A stretch of DNA of 64,000 nt from Polymyxa betae A26-41 (taxonomy: Eukaryota; Protista; Endomyxa: Phytomyxea). The notes beneath the pieces were generated by a model. It was given only the letters and a program-made list of their open reading frames with translations, had not been told where the DNA came from and did not search any database. The stretch lies in contig RBZT01000338.1 in NCBI GenBank assembly GCA_003693705.1, positions 2,637 through 66,636 of the forward strand, in the 5' to 3' direction. This document shows, piece by piece, positions 38,813 through 53,041 of the stretch. Within the stretch, counting starts at the first letter, position 1; each line of letters opens with the position of its first letter. The translations under genes were made by a program, and so were the position numbers.

Positions 38813-39242
38813 ATTTTGTTGGGTTTTGCAGTGTTCTTGGCTCCTACGTTAAGGTGTCTCGTGTCTGTATTCCTCTGTATTGGTCTTCACTGTCCGGCTT
38901 TGATTCAGAAGCGCGTGAGCTTGAGCGAGCGCGGGAGGCCGAGCGCGCACTTTCAGACTCACTCTCTTCTGAGCTCGCCATAATTTATCCCCTAGACATG
39001 ATAGCTATCTCCACGACTTGCGGTAGCTCAAACCGGGAAAACAAACCCTACAATAATATCTGCTAACGAGCTGGAAGACCCTCTTAAATCGGATTCAGGC
39101 CTTGCTTATTTATTATTTTTGAATTAATAATCGTGATTCTATTCCAATCTCCAATCACGGTACATTCTTATCAAACACTGTATTTAAAGATATGTTTTTT
39201 TATAATCTGTTACTATTGAATTTATTTATGAATGAAAACGTG

Positions 39243-39267
39243 NNNNNNNNNNNNNNNNNNNNNNNNN
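39243..39267. other. Assembly gap (N run)
   Basis: Run of n characters. Confidence 1.
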
Positions 39268-39596
39268 AGCTAAAGATGCGCTTCAAAACTAAAATCAATG
39301 TACAGTATTTACATCCTCATGCTTAAGATAAAAATAGAATTTTGGGATCAACACTTATAGTTGCTTAAACAACTGCTTCACAAATTTACTTCTCAACCAA
39401 CAAAATCCGCAGAGAGGTCTCACCTCACTCCAAGAGATCAAAACAAGTGAATCGTAACCTGCTGCCGTGCAACCGTAATTGATGTCAAATTAGTCGTGAA
39501 GCCATATTCATCAGATGAATTCAGTCAAAGCAAAAAAAAACATGGCAGTCAAAGCCGAAGAACCAGATCAGTGTATTGCCAGTGGAAATAGAATTA

Positions 39597-42500
39597 TTAA
39601 GCAGCAGGCTGAGTCTTGCTCTTTTGAATTTGCACGGTTGAGACACCATCCACAAATTTAGTCCTCAAGATGGTGTTAGCGTTATCTGAGGATAATCAGC
39701 GATTGGCTCTCAAGAATTCCGAGACGGAACGAACGAAAACCAAAAAATACGTACTGAACATTCCCTCCTTAAGAGAAACAACGATGAACTGCGATTGCGA
39801 AAATTTGTTCTTGATGATGTTCCCGATGTTTTGAGTATGTGACAGGTCAAGAGCAGCATCCACTATAGCAATCATTCATAATCGCAATTGACGCAATCAG
39901 TAAACCAGAGTCGTATTGCTAAAGACATGAAACAAAAACAACTCGGGAAACTTTCAATAATGAAGTTCCCAGTAGGCAAAACACAAAGGGTCGAATAAAT
40001 AACCGGTAGCTTCCGATAGTGCTAGGAAAACTACCAACAGGCGAAAGATCATAGAAATTGACAAAGACGCGATTGTACCTTCATCAAGAATGTACATTGG
40101 AGCGGGCTTATACAGTAGCAGGGCCAGGATCAAAGAGAGAGCTAATAGTGAGCGTTGACCGCCCGATAATTCAGTCAGGCTCTCCTTCCAGATGCCACCA
40201 AAAGACACGCGAACCTAAAAAAAGTCAAACATTGGTCGCTTCAAACGAAAATGAACAAGGCAAGATAGACTTTGCAAGGCACCCACCTCAAGACCATCGA
40301 GGACGGTACCGCCCAAAGGCGGTTGGAGTTTGGCGAAGGCTCCAGGCAATAGAGTGGAAAAAATCTGGCCGAAGTCGGTGTTAACCTATGAAAAAGTATT
40401 AGGTGAATGCAATGACATAATAGAATTTCGTCATGGAGCAATCAATTTTACTGATAAAACCAGAAGCGAAGGCAAGCAAAAAGTGAAAAGCAAATGAAAA
40501 ACATTTGTCGGTTGTACCTTTTCCCAGATGCTTTGAAGAAGTTCATTTTTGTTACGATCCAAATCCTGTATGACACGCTCGATTTTAGCCTTGTCATTTT
40601 CGACAATTGCACGCCGATCGAGCAGGGCCTGGTACCGGGCCTCTGCCGTGTTCATCAATGCCATGACCTAAACAAAACCGCAATCATAAACACGATTACA
40701 TAGGAATCCCGATCGTGGAGAACCCGAATAAAAGTATAGAAACAAAATTGCAGCTTTGAAAGTGAAATTACTGTATGGAAGGCAACAAGGTAAGCATACT
40801 TTACGGTTGATTTTCTTGCTCATGGCGTCCTGCTCTTTACGCATTTGGGCCAGAGTGGTAGCATCTTGGTCAGAAGCATGTGCAGCGAAGTCGTACTGCG
40901 TCCCGGGCCGACCGAAAAGATGTTTATCGTTCTCGATCCAAGGGTTCGATTCTGAAAATCGCGAATATCAAAAATAAGCCTGACAAGCGCAACTTAGATG
41001 TTAAGAATACCTAGGCATTGTTGCATACGAAGACGGTTAGCATCCTAACAGGACGTTACTCCATGCATTCAGAGAAAATCCAAAAACAACTAGCCTGGTC
41101 TTTTTCGAAACGAGCCAGTTTGTGTTGGATGGTCTTAAGACCAAGATCGATATCAGTGAGCTGAGAGGTAAGGATGTCTCGACGCTTAGCTAAGCTCCTG
41201 GCTGCCTCGTCAGATTCAAGCACCTGCATTCTGTTAGCCAGCATACATGATACAATGAAATGCGTGTACAAGGAGAAATCAAAATCAAAAACATGACGAA
41301 CAAGAGAAAAATGTGTACCTTTTGTTGTTCATTTTCAAGCTCCTTTTGCAGGGAGTCGTGGCGCTCTTTGGCATGAACCAGTTTCTGCTCGTATTGACGA
41401 ACCTACGACATGTCAATCAGGCGTAAGCAGCAAGTAAAGCAATTAAACGACATTTCGCTTGAGCTCTTCAATTTGAGAGTTTACAGAGGCCTGAGTCTCA
41501 AGAAGGGAATCGATTTCCTTTGTAGCTCCAGTGATCTCAAGATCCGAACGAAGACACTATTGAGGGCAATCAGTGAATGTAGAGAGTTCAAAATAACACA
41601 ATCCGTAAACGAGAGAGGAAAAACGAGTTTAGAAGACAAAAGAAATCTCGAGCCAAGCGAAAATAAAAGAAACATCAGTAGGAGAAGCACAGAAAGTTGG
41701 TTTGCGCGAGAATTTTGGAGAAAGATCATATAAAAACCTCTTGATGAAGCTTGGACAGTTTGACGCCGATTGATTGAAGCTGAGCATTGATCGATTCAAT
41801 TTCCTTTTCTTGATGCGCGCGCCCTTTGCCTTTGCCAGAATCAGCTTGATCGATTTGATTTTTTAGCGCAGCAATCTATGTCAGAAACCCCATCAGAACA
41901 AGTTACAGCAAGGACGGCACAATGAAACAACGAAAAAACCCATCAAGATTGATTGCGAATTAAATACTGACAATTGAGCAAATTAGATGGAAATTACCTC
42001 ATTTCAGACGAAGGAAAATATGACTCAACGACGAAATATAAAAGAAGCAAATGGCAGAGGATAACAGTCCGCGAATATTGAACAAATGCAACGTTTGAGT
42101 AACCTTTTCAGAATACGATCTTGCGTCAGCTTCGGCAGATGAGACATTGCGTTCGGATACACGAATCTCTTCGTCCAAAGCGTCAATTTGAACTTGAAGT
42201 GAATGCGATTCCTAAAAAAGACACGATGAATCAACATAAGATTTTGGTAACAAAAAAAAGAGACAGTTGTTTCTAAAGTGCACCCAGGACAAGTAGAAGA
42301 TAGTTCAAGAAAGAAAGTGAGCAGCAAAACGGACCGACAAAGGATTACTTCAAATATTTCAAAACGAGACGAAAGCAACTAAAATAGAAATTCCTCACAG
42401 AATGCTCAATACGTTGGGTGAGGAGCTCAACCCGCTGATGATCAGCTTCAATAGCTTCCATCAAATTCCGTGCACCATCACATTTCTGCTTCAGAAGAGC

Positions 42501-45500
42501 GCGAGCTTCACGAATCTGGTCTGCCATCTGTTCGGCTTCAAGAAGCTGTCCTTGAGATTCATATAGACGTTGCAGTAATATCAATGCAGGCTGCTGTTGA
42601 GATCGTGACCCACCACTTAAAGTTCCCTGAACCAGGAATCAGCATACAAGTTCCGAGATGCAAACGAAAACAGTGCAATTAGCGAAAACATTTACCTACT
42701 TTTGGGTCGAACAGATCGCCCTGGAAAGTGACACAGCGACGCTGTATGTGTTTGTCGAAAGTGACGACTTTGGCCGTTTCAGGATCCCGACAAACAAATG
42801 TTTGCCCGAAAACATAGCGGATGGCGGCAGAAACCTAAAGCAAAATGGAGTCAGTGAAACCATAGAAACTTAGAAAACGGCAACAGAAGCAATGCAAAAG
42901 TTGAAGAATTTGTAGCCAAGTAGAAACACGCGATTCGACAATTTGCCGCATCAAGCGGCTCTAACAATGCAACAAAGAGAAAAGTTTCATGATCCAAAAT
43001 AGAGGACCAGCCCAAACAAATTATATGACATGATGAAGAATCGAGAATGAAAAATATAAAGAGACGAAGAACGAAACGCAAACAATCCCTACCTCATCAT
43101 CATAGCAAATAAGAGAGGTGGCTGGGAATACATTATCGTCCCCAACAAGATCAACAGCGCGTCGGATAGCGTTATCAGGCATATCTTGACCAGTGATCTT
43201 GTTTAGTGGGATAAATGTGACACGAGATTTCAGCCTTCCATTCTTTAGAAGAGCGGCACCGGTTATATGCGTGTCCACAATAACATTGTAGAGACGACCT
43301 CCGGCTGTCACCTGGAAACCATATTAAGACTTGTTTCGACAGCACTTTTAGCAGCTCTCATAGCAAAGACAGACAGAAAACGCACTCAAATATGGATGAA
43401 GCATAATAACAATTAAAAAGAAAACACCCAGAGTTTTACCTCTAAAGCTACGGCGGAGTCAATGTTTCTGAGTTGAATGCGTTTTGCAACGCGCCCTTTA
43501 ACGCTTGCAGGATCGAAGCGTTGACTGGGAGAGCTGTAATCAAATTCGAATCGGGCAGTCTGATCAAGCACTGTTTCTATTTATACGAAATTATTGATTT
43601 AAAGAACTTACCTGAGAACGTAAACGGGCGACATTTTCACGAAGACGAACAACATCGTTATCCTTCGCGGTTATCTGAGCGTCAAGATCACGAAGTTGAG
43701 CAGACAATCTGAAAGCGCATGATTGGAATTGGAATACAATATCGTGGCCACGACAACAGTTTGAGTATCGCATTGAATTATTTGAGAGCAACAAAACCGA
43801 AACGTGGCTAAGCATATTGAGTCTACCACAGATGGTTTCAAATCGACGAAAAGTTCTTCGAATAGAAAGTGAAATGCAATGGAATTAAATGAACGTTACG
43901 TCTCAGGTTCAAGTCCATCAAGCTGACTCTGTTGAGAATCGATGCGTGAGCGCAGAGCCTCACGTTCTTGCACCAGACTGTGATACGCTGGCGCACAGCG
44001 CTGCAACGAGTCGGCATGTTCTGAGAGGCCGAGATTTAAAAATCGCAAAAATGGGAATCGATAAACCACCAACCAGTTCTAGTTTTACGCAAATGGGCGA
44101 GCTTTGAAGCCGATTGTTTCTGAAGAGCAGTGCATTCAGCATTGCGTTTGTCAGCGTCCATCAGCTGAGCGGTTAAAGACCCAGCGCCATCTTCGGTCAT
44201 AACAATGCCGATTGCCTCGCCTGTACGAAAACATATCAGAATATGAACACGGATGCAAAACAGCAAATCAACAATGTTAGTAGACGAAGGCAAAAAAAGG
44301 AATAACCACAGATCGAAATTTTGAGAACCTATAGAATGCATAAATGATAGAAAAATCCTGAGGCGTCACAAAATCTTGATAAAAATTTCAGTTTGCAAAA
44401 GTAACATGAATTTTTGCCGACCTTCGATAGCGTTGATACGATTCTGGAGGCTCTTCTTCTGCTTCTCCAACTCATCCCGAGCTTGAACCCGATCAGCATG
44501 TGCGCGAGTCTTGGTCTCAAGTTCAGACTGAGCCTCCTTCAGAGTCTTCGACATATGAGCCTGATTAAGTTCTTCTTCGGCCAGTGACTTCTTCACATTG
44601 CTAAGGGTCGCATCGTGCTGCACGACCTTTTTTGCAGCTGTCGTAACTGATTCCTGGGCGAAATTAACTTCGAGGTCGGAAGCATTCATAACAAAATATT
44701 ACAGGTTTCTGGCAAACCAAACAAAGGGATGCAAAGATAGTGATCGAAACGTCGAGCACATAAAAGAGCAGACCACTAGAAACCGGAAAACCATGTCGGA
44801 GCAAAGGACAATCATAAACCCAAAATTGTACAGACGATGAGCCGAAATAACTTCAGACCGGAAAAAAATAAAAGAACTGCCTTCCTCACTTGTAAATCTT
44901 CGATGAGTTGTTTCGATTCTCGCGATATCAAGCGATCTGCACGCCCAATCTCCTCATTGATACCGTGGATTTGTTGAATAAGGTTCTCCTTCTGGTCTTG
45001 CAGCGAATTCAATGATTTCTGCATCGCAATGCTTCATTATTATAGGAAAGGATCAACGGACAGCTTATTCTTACAGTGAGATCGTCTTTGACGCTGTTGG
45101 AATCACAAAGTGCCCGTTCAGTCTGGAAGTACCGAAATGCAATAGTCCGACGTTCCAACCGTTGAATTTCTGTCATATTTGCGGACCTGTAACGGAAACA
45201 TTCAGTATTGATGGTAACAAAGGGAAGAGCGCAATACCATTTCATGAACAAAGTGCATTCATGACGAAGCTTAACCAGTTGAGGAGTGATTTCCTCCTTA
45301 AGGATTGTGTTGATCTCCGCAACCTGCATAAGAAAATGAGGCGAGAAAAAAAATTGCAAAAAAATTTGGATCCTCAGTACAGAACGATATTCAGCCAGAG
45401 TCAATAGTTAAGACAAAATCAGAACCCAATTTAAAAAAGCCACCTTAAGGTCCTTCTTAGCGATTGTGTTACAGGCAGCGATCTTCTTGGCCTCAAACAT

Positions 45501-46697
45501 CTTTGTCCCTGCAGCTTCTTCGATCAAACCGAGGATTTCGATAGGCTTCATGTTGAGCACTTTGGTGATGCGGCCTTGCATAACAAGGAATGTTGGGTTT
45601 CTGTAGAAAATATCGAATTTAGCATTGAAGAGCATCAACAATCAAGCAAGTTCAAAGGCAAATGACGAAAATATTGGCAAAAGAAGTTACAGCACAGGGG
45701 GATCACCACAAACGAAATGGACAGAAAAACACATGAGTACAAAAAATGAATCTGTAAATACGTACTGAATATTAAGCTGAACCGATTGAAAGAGATTTTG
45801 AATTCGGTTGAGTTGGGCAGTATGACCATTGATAAGGTACTTGTTCTTGCCATTTACAACAACCTGGGAAAACAAGTCAGAAATAAGGATATTATCAACT
45901 AGACGGACAGAATCAAAAAAGAACACTCCACTTGGGCAAAGACAAAAGCGCAAAATTCGATCATGCTTGAAGCGAGAGATTGTCAAAAGGATGAACTTCG
46001 CAAAAGCTCTCAGATACAAAATGGGTTCAAAATAGGGTTTGATCGCAACCTGTCGGGTGATGGAGAGCTTCCCACATTCTTCATAACCGATGGGACTTGA
46101 TGCCCGATCGCTATTATCGAAGACAATAGTGACACTAGCCTTGGTAATACCTGCCTGGCCCTGCTTGTATACTAATTCGCGGAGACTACTGGCACGAACA
46201 TTGCTCAGCTGACTGATACCCAGAACAAAGCAAATGGCATCCAAAATATTAGACTGAAAGAAAGGATTAGATATAGTCATTAATGAATATGTTGATATAA
46301 ACAATCTGTATACAAAGCGAAGCCTTGGAACAGAAGCACAACGAGCTCTCATAAAAACAATGCTTGGAAAGTGCTTGAAAGCATCAAATGTAAAACAGTT
46401 TCGGAAAATTAAAAAAGTATCGCCAAAATGGATTTAGGTGAAGCTGAACAGAGAACAGACAAATGATTCTATGTGGTAATTACGAACCTTTCCACTACCA
46501 TTCTCTCCAGTAATAGCAGTGAAGCTCGGATCCCAGCCATTGATCACCGTTCGGGTTCCATAGGATTTGAACCTGTACATTGACGTCAGTGAATGTATTG
46601 TAAACATCCATATACAGATTCAAGCCAATGCGTTGAAATCCAATTGCAAAAGCTCTGGTTATGCATACCCGTCAATAATCAACTGGGTAATATGCAT
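39597..46697 (-). CDS. SMC2: Structural maintenance of chromosomes protein 2 (condensin subunit), many introns
   Basis: Spliced [10 protein letters not shown]^FKSYG...ITGENGSGK^[13 protein letters not shown]...[15 protein letters not shown]; hinge [12 protein letters not shown]; [31 protein letters not shown]^[14 protein letters not shown]. Confidence 0.95.
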
Positions 46698-47489
46698 ATG
46701 GGTTGTAAGCGTCCACAAGGACTCGACAAAATGACTGGGGGCCGAAGCCGAAGATCAAGACGATGACGACGACGGCGACGTCTGGACCACTGAACAGCCC
46801 AGGCGATAATGGGCGTGATGTTGAAGAGATAGCCCGCACACAATCTTAGCGGAACCCGCCAGAAACGATTGTGCGCCAGTCTCGCAAAAATGTTCTCGGG
46901 TGTTGTAAATTTCAAACTCGGAAGTCAGAATGAAGTCAATGAACAGGAGGCGTCCACTATTCAGCGGCATAGAGCTTGTCATGGTCAATTATCCCTTTTT
47001 GTCATTTATTGAGAATCCATGCAAGCGAACCAGAATTTGAACGCGAACTAGGTGGTAAAACAAAACCTAGAATTAATCCCATTGACCAGCAAAGTAGTAC
47101 ATATTCTGAAATAAAAAATCTTCTAACCCACTCAGTTTTTGGAAAAATTCGATTTGGTAGTTGTATCAGGTAGTTTACATGCGATCGACTCACCTTTCAG
47201 TTCCTTCATCGAATTGCCGAACGGAGTGCAGCAATAATATCGTCCTTCTTATCAATATATGATTACAACTTTGCTCATTTCGCTTTGAGTACAGGATCTA
47301 TTTTACGTCAGAGGATGTCACGACTAACGTCGACGTCGGTCAAAAACACAGAGACGGGAAGACACCCAGCAAACGTCTGATCAAGGGCGGGTTCTGATCG
47401 CATATCATCGTTGCTGTTCAGGGATCCCCCACGCTTTGTTGAGTGTCAATCAGGAAATTAGGAGTCTACTGCAGTGGGCCGGCATGCTG

Positions 47490-47720
47490 GCCCTTCGCAT
47501 GGAGTTGGCCCATGAAGTCGCCGGGACTTCGATCGTGATTCCATGGCTGAACGCGACAGTGGTTTGTGTGACAGTCGGACGATTGCTGGTGTCGCCGAGC
47601 ATCGGCAGGGCCATGGTCGCTCCGATCGCGATCCTATCAGAATCACCATGTCGTAGAGCGTTTGATGCCGATTCGGTCCGGGGCCGGATCGTGTTTTTTA
47701 TGCGGACGTCAGACGTGATG
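47490..47720 (+). pseudogene. Truncated fragment resembling the N-terminus of a PA-domain protein
   Basis: ...APIAILSESPCRRAFDADSVRGRIVFF resembles the CNPGNVDVAGRLALI region of the gene at 12701-14156; no continuation seen. Confidence 0.35.
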
Positions 47721-48173
47721 ATTCGATCGCACTCGACATCGTATTCTCTGAGGGAGTTAGCGCCATTGTTCGTAAGCAGACGCGCTGTTACAGATCACCG
47801 TTTTACAATTCGTCGCAAATGTCGTCCCAAACTGTTATTTAAACATTTTCAAGGACGGTATTTATTAGTACATAGTGGTGGTAAAATAGTCTTCGCAAGC
47901 TGGTTTTTCGGTATTTTCACCCAAAACAAAAGTGTCGAATAACAATCCGATTGGGACCATTCCACTTTTGAGATGCGATTTATCAGCAGAGAAGGCTTGT
48001 AATTTGCCTGGTTCTGTCCAGAAAATTTGAACAGATGGAGAGACACATCAGCGTCCAATAATACAGCCAGATTGACAGATAAATATTGTGGTGCGGGATT
48101 TATTAACGAATGGGGGATGGGCTCGCACCAGATAGGCCCAGAACCCCAGCTGTAGTCTATCACTAAGTCCCCA

Positions 48174-49154
48174 TCAGCCCAGCAACAGACTGAGAACATT
48201 TGCTTGCGCCTTTGACACGAACTTGTACAGCAGGGCGTGCTGGACCTCGGCCTGTGGGCCGGACCCAACAAACTGCAGCATGTCGGTGACGCGCTGCACT
48301 TCCAGTATGACCTCGCGCGTGACCCAGCGCTCCCACATGCGACCGTACATATTCATCACAAAAGCGATGCGATGATCGCCCTCGACGGTAATCGGTTCGT
48401 TGGACAATTCGGCGGTCGGATCGAGTCCGGCGCCGTACTTGACCATCGTATGAAACAGCAAGACCGGGTCGATCTCGCTGACGCAAACGAGATCAGCGAA
48501 CACTTCGGCGGCCGCCTCCGGTTCCATGCTGAACACAGCCTGGACGAGATCGGCGGCAGGATGATGCACGAGCATGTATCGCAGCACGCTACGCTTCAGC
48601 AACGGTAAACCATGAAGCTCAGCGTAATCGAGGCCGCGACGATAGTTGGTCGGGCTCCATTTCACAGGGACGGCGGCAATAACGGCGTCGCACTGGTCCC
48701 GAATCCGCTCCGATTGCATGAACTGAGCGACGGCGGCGATGGCGAACGAGCTGTAATGGGAATGTGGAACCGGTTTCGCAGCCGCCACGATGCCGTACGC
48801 CATCTGTAGATACAGCTCGAAGATCGCCAGACGATCCGGGACTGTTTCCTTGACAAACGCGATCGGAACTTTGATATCCGGCAGAGTGATGTTCATAGAC
48901 ATGGGTTCACCACGAACGCGGCGCGGATACCGAAGGAATGCCCGAACAAGCTCGCTCTGATCCTGGACGACATCTCGATGGACGTGGAAGACGCGCCCGT
49001 CGACGTTCAAGGCCAGGTCCGAGGTCGACTCGTTGTTAAAGAGACGGCGCAGGGCGCGTAGAGCCACGTCATAATCGCAGGGGACCCGTGACGACGACGA
49101 CTGGGATGGCGACGGTAGCGCCGGCGGCGGGATGGCGGGACCGTCGGCCGCCAT
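48174..49154 (-). CDS. BTB/POZ domain protein (may extend into ORF 47849-48271 as a last exon)
   Basis: LRRLFNNESTSDLALNVDGRVFHVHRDVVQDQSELVRAFL BTB signature. Confidence 0.8.
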   Translation of the reverse strand: MAADGPAIPPPALPSPSQSSSSRVPCDYDVALRALRRLFNNESTSDLALNVDGRVFHVHRDVVQDQSELVRAFLRYPRRVRGEPMSMNITLPDIKVPIAFVKETVPDRLAIFELYLQMAYGIVAAAKPVPHSHYSSFAIAAVAQFMQSERIRDQCDAVIAAVPVKWSPTNYRRGLDYAELHGLPLLKRSVLRYMLVHHPAADLVQAVFSMEPEAAAEVFADLVCVSEIDPVLLFHTMVKYGAGLDPTAELSNEPITVEGDHRIAFVMNMYGRMWERWVTREVILEVQRVTDMLQFVGSGPQAEVQHALLYKFVSKAQANVLSLLLG

Positions 49155-52015
49155 GGACAGATAAAACTGAGAACCGAAAGAAACACCAAATTGCGACAGA
49201 CTGAAGACCAATCTTCGCAGTTTTTTATAACGCAGTTTTCTTCTGCATTTCGGCGATTTTGGACGATTTTACGGCGATTTTGGACGATTTTACACTGAGA
49301 ACTGAGAACTTTAGAAACGCAACCATTGCAGTTTCAGTGGCGATTTCGATTTTTGACTGACAGAGAAAGAAGTGAATCTTATCAGCTCGCATTTTTGAAC
49401 TTGACAGAGCTAAAGATATATTTTTGGCTCGCGAATGTACTGTTCATGCTCCTGCAATAGCAATTAAATCCCGTCCCTTTCTGTCTTATTTCGGGACAGA
49501 GTACGGTCAAAAGCTTGTACTTACCTTTGGCCAAATACCCATATTTTCTTCACAGCCGTATTGGATTGAGGAAAACTGTTTTCGCGATTTGCGCAATGTA
49601 TAATTATAGAAGTAGCTGACCAGTTCAAAGAGAGAAATCGGATTGTTACATGCGATCCTTTTGACAGCGCAAACAGCCCATCCAGCCATTAGGGGATTGC
49701 ACGGAATCAAGGCAAACTGCGAATGCCTCAGCTCTGTTCGCTGACTTTCCGTTTAATTGGCTTCCGTGCTCAACTTCAAACTTTACTGTGTAGGAGTTCC
49801 TAAATTGAAAGTCCAGTTCTCGGAATCATTTTATCCACTGAATCGCCGACAGCATCTTGTAAGTCCGCAATTTTCATCACATAACGCAGTGTAAAAGTTA
49901 AAAGAAAGTGATATCGGCATCTCAGAGGCTTTCTGATTACTCAGGCCTGCCTATCCTACCTCCTCTAGGTTTTACCGAAATGGTCGATCAACGGTTTTAT
50001 TCTCTGAATGGGTGAAATACTGCGAGCTCTGAAAACGGCAGTTGGAGCTTCTGATGATCAGCAAGGTGATGCGACAACGTACTGCCCGTTGATATCAATA
50101 ATCTAGTCGAACCCAATGCAATCCAATATGCACTCAAAGGTCTCGTTTCAAGTAGGGTCGACAACTTGCTGTTCCGCGTGATGGGTTCCAGCGACAATTC
50201 GTCTCTATTTGAAAACGATGGTCGGACACTTTGGTGATGTTTTAAATGACGGATCACACAGTTCCTTCTGGTGCGCAGAAAGGAGACAACAAGCCATGAG
50301 AACCAGAAACGCTCAGTTCTGCTCGCACATAGGATTGCAGTCGTGGAAAGCCCATAGAAAAGTCGATCACATGACCCATGCAGCAGCTGAGTTCGAGGCA
50401 AATGTGGACCGGCAAAATATAGACGCCCGGGACTTGAACCGAGCATTGAACTATCGTATAATTACTATCCAGTGGTAGTAGAGGGGAGACTTTCAGCTAC
50501 TGCTGTAAATATGCAGGCAAGTATAAGAACATTGGAGGTGGAATTTAGAATGGGGTCAATGCAGGCAACAAGGATTCCTGCCAAATCAACTCCTCTTCAG
50601 GTCCTCCACAGACCTCCCAGAATCTCCCGCAACGCCTTTCGAACCTCGAAATAATCACCACAGGGCCTTCGCTGCCATCGCCGTTGCCTCCCACCGGCGA
50701 ATTTTAATCAATACTCGGAAGAATCAACCCCCTTCCTCCCCTTGACTCAACTTCATTTGTTTTCAAGTGATACTTTTGCTAAGCAAACAATGTTAGGTAC
50801 TACATGAAAACATCCATCAAAACAGATACACTAAAAGAGACGCCAAATAATTCAGTTGGAGATATCATAAAATAGATGAAATTTGGGTTAATTCAGAGTT
50901 AGAACAGCCATATCGGATTTTAGTTCCAGACAAGAAATCAGATATGTTTAACAGTGAAATTCTGCATGAAACGAACCGTCGTTTGTTGTATGATGTTTTT
51001 GCTTTCTTCGTTATACGATGCCGTTTTTGCTTTCTTTGTAGAAACCCCAAGAAACGAGCCAATGATGATAGATGGAGACTGCAGAGCGATAAATTAGAGA
51101 GGAAACAGTTGCAGATTCAGAACAGCATAGAGCTCTATTGTCTTAGCAAGCATTTCTTCATTAATTGGATGACAATGAGACCTTCTCTGACTAATTGATC
51201 TAACGATGGGTGCAAATCGAGTGACAAACGTCAATCTGCCCAAAGTTGAACGAGTTGCAGAAATCAGGACATCCTGCATTAGCGGGAAATGTGGCGACGA
51301 CTAGATGACTGCCTCGTTGAACATCGAGGGACTTTTTGAAGTACCAGTCATGAATGTGTTGTAGGTAGCTCGTGTCATTATTCCCGAATCGTCAACATTA
51401 CCACCGCGTACAGTGGGAAGGTGGCAACAAGAAACTTTGAATCGAAGGATTCGTTGGACGATGTGCAAGTGGCTGGACTCGGAATTCGAAGTCCCGTATC
51501 TGTTTGAGTGGAACGAAGAATGGCGAATACGGAGGAATTCGCAACCCAAGAGGAGCTGATGTCATTATTTACAATAAAAAGTTATATATATGATGATTAT
51601 GTCAATATTTAGCTGAAATTACACACGCTATAGTCAATTCATTAATAAAGCCCATGCCGCTATTGGTGATTCATAGTTGTATGGCTTATTCCCTTCTCAA
51701 GCATCATGGCGCCGATGTAGATTTTGAAGGTGTGCTTGAGTCGCTCGTCGTCATCGTTGCGGTGAGGGCGTCGGGTGGGGGAATTATTTGAATCTGGATG
51801 GATTGGCCGGAACGCTCAGGATGTTTTCAGAATGGATTGCTGAGAAGCTGCAGTGTAGGGTTTTGTTGACTGCATTGAAGAACAATTTTAATCCATCCCC
51901 AATGTGCGTGTCTTGTACCTGCTTATACAACTTATCCATAAGCTACCCCAGGTATCACAGCGTTTTGACAAACAGAGCGAATGCGCGACCACTCTGTAGC
52001 CTTAAGACTTAATAT

Positions 52016-52046
52016 TGAGAGAGAGAGAGAGAGCGCGAGAGAGAGG
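52016..52046. repeat. (GA)n microsatellite
   Basis: gagagagagagagagagcgcgagagagagg. Confidence 0.9.
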
Positions 52047-53041
52047 CCTCTCCAGGGATACTTCAGTACCATTATTCTACTTTGACGTTCTTTCGAATGA
52101 TTTGAGCTCCAATTTGATTGACTTCATATCTCAACAGATCGCGATTTTCATTATTTATCAGCAGTTCCTGTGGACATGTATAAAAGACTCTTTTTGGTAA
52201 ACACGTGATCTGAATTTTGGGATTCTGAACCGTTTGTAGAAAACACCCAGTATATCAAAAAAACGATACATAGAAAATTAGATAACAGGCTGTTTCTTGT
52301 CTAATTCTACTGTAGCAACTACCGGTTATACCTGACTCCAACAACAGCCAAGAAAAGAGAATGAAACGAAGATTGTCAGCAAAAAGTCCAGCTGCCTTGG
52401 TAGCGATGCCACAAGAATCTCTTCTATTGCGACATAAATCGTAAGTTTTGAAGTTGATCGCCAATCGAGGACCCTCACCATCAGTAGACCGGAGATCAAC
52501 CTTCGCCATGCATGCTCCGCAAAGAATCGCCCCCGGGTCTGTGTCGTCGGGCACCAACGCCACCCGAAGTCTTTTATCGTGGAAGTCTACCTCGTGATGT
52601 CGCAATCTAATCGACGGTCATCATCAAAAGGTGAAAAACAGAGGCGGTATTTTGATTTCAAACCAATTGTGCACATTTTGTCGCTTACTCAATGTTAATT
52701 CGATGCATTACAGAATCACTATTCTGGTGATCAGGATGGATTTACTCGGAGATGGGGCGATACAATCGCCTATGCAAAGTTCAGCACTAACCACTGTCCT
52801 GGAAAAGGCGGGAATTTGCCTGTTTGCGAATCTCACCAAAAACTGCATCTATTGTCATCCATTCCTTCTCTATTTGACACTCAATGGAAATGTTCGTCAC
52901 CGCTCTCCGTCCTGTTGTCTACTCGTATTCAATTGATAATTTATCGAAGATTGAAGCCTTCATATTTTGCGTCGTGCTCCATGAACTTCTATCATCTTAA
53001 GATCTACAAGATGTCTGAAGCAGATTGTGGACTTGGTTTTA

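Noticed and set aside
38707-39066. 119-aa ORF
   Set aside because: Overlaps tRNA-Val on the opposite strand; spurious
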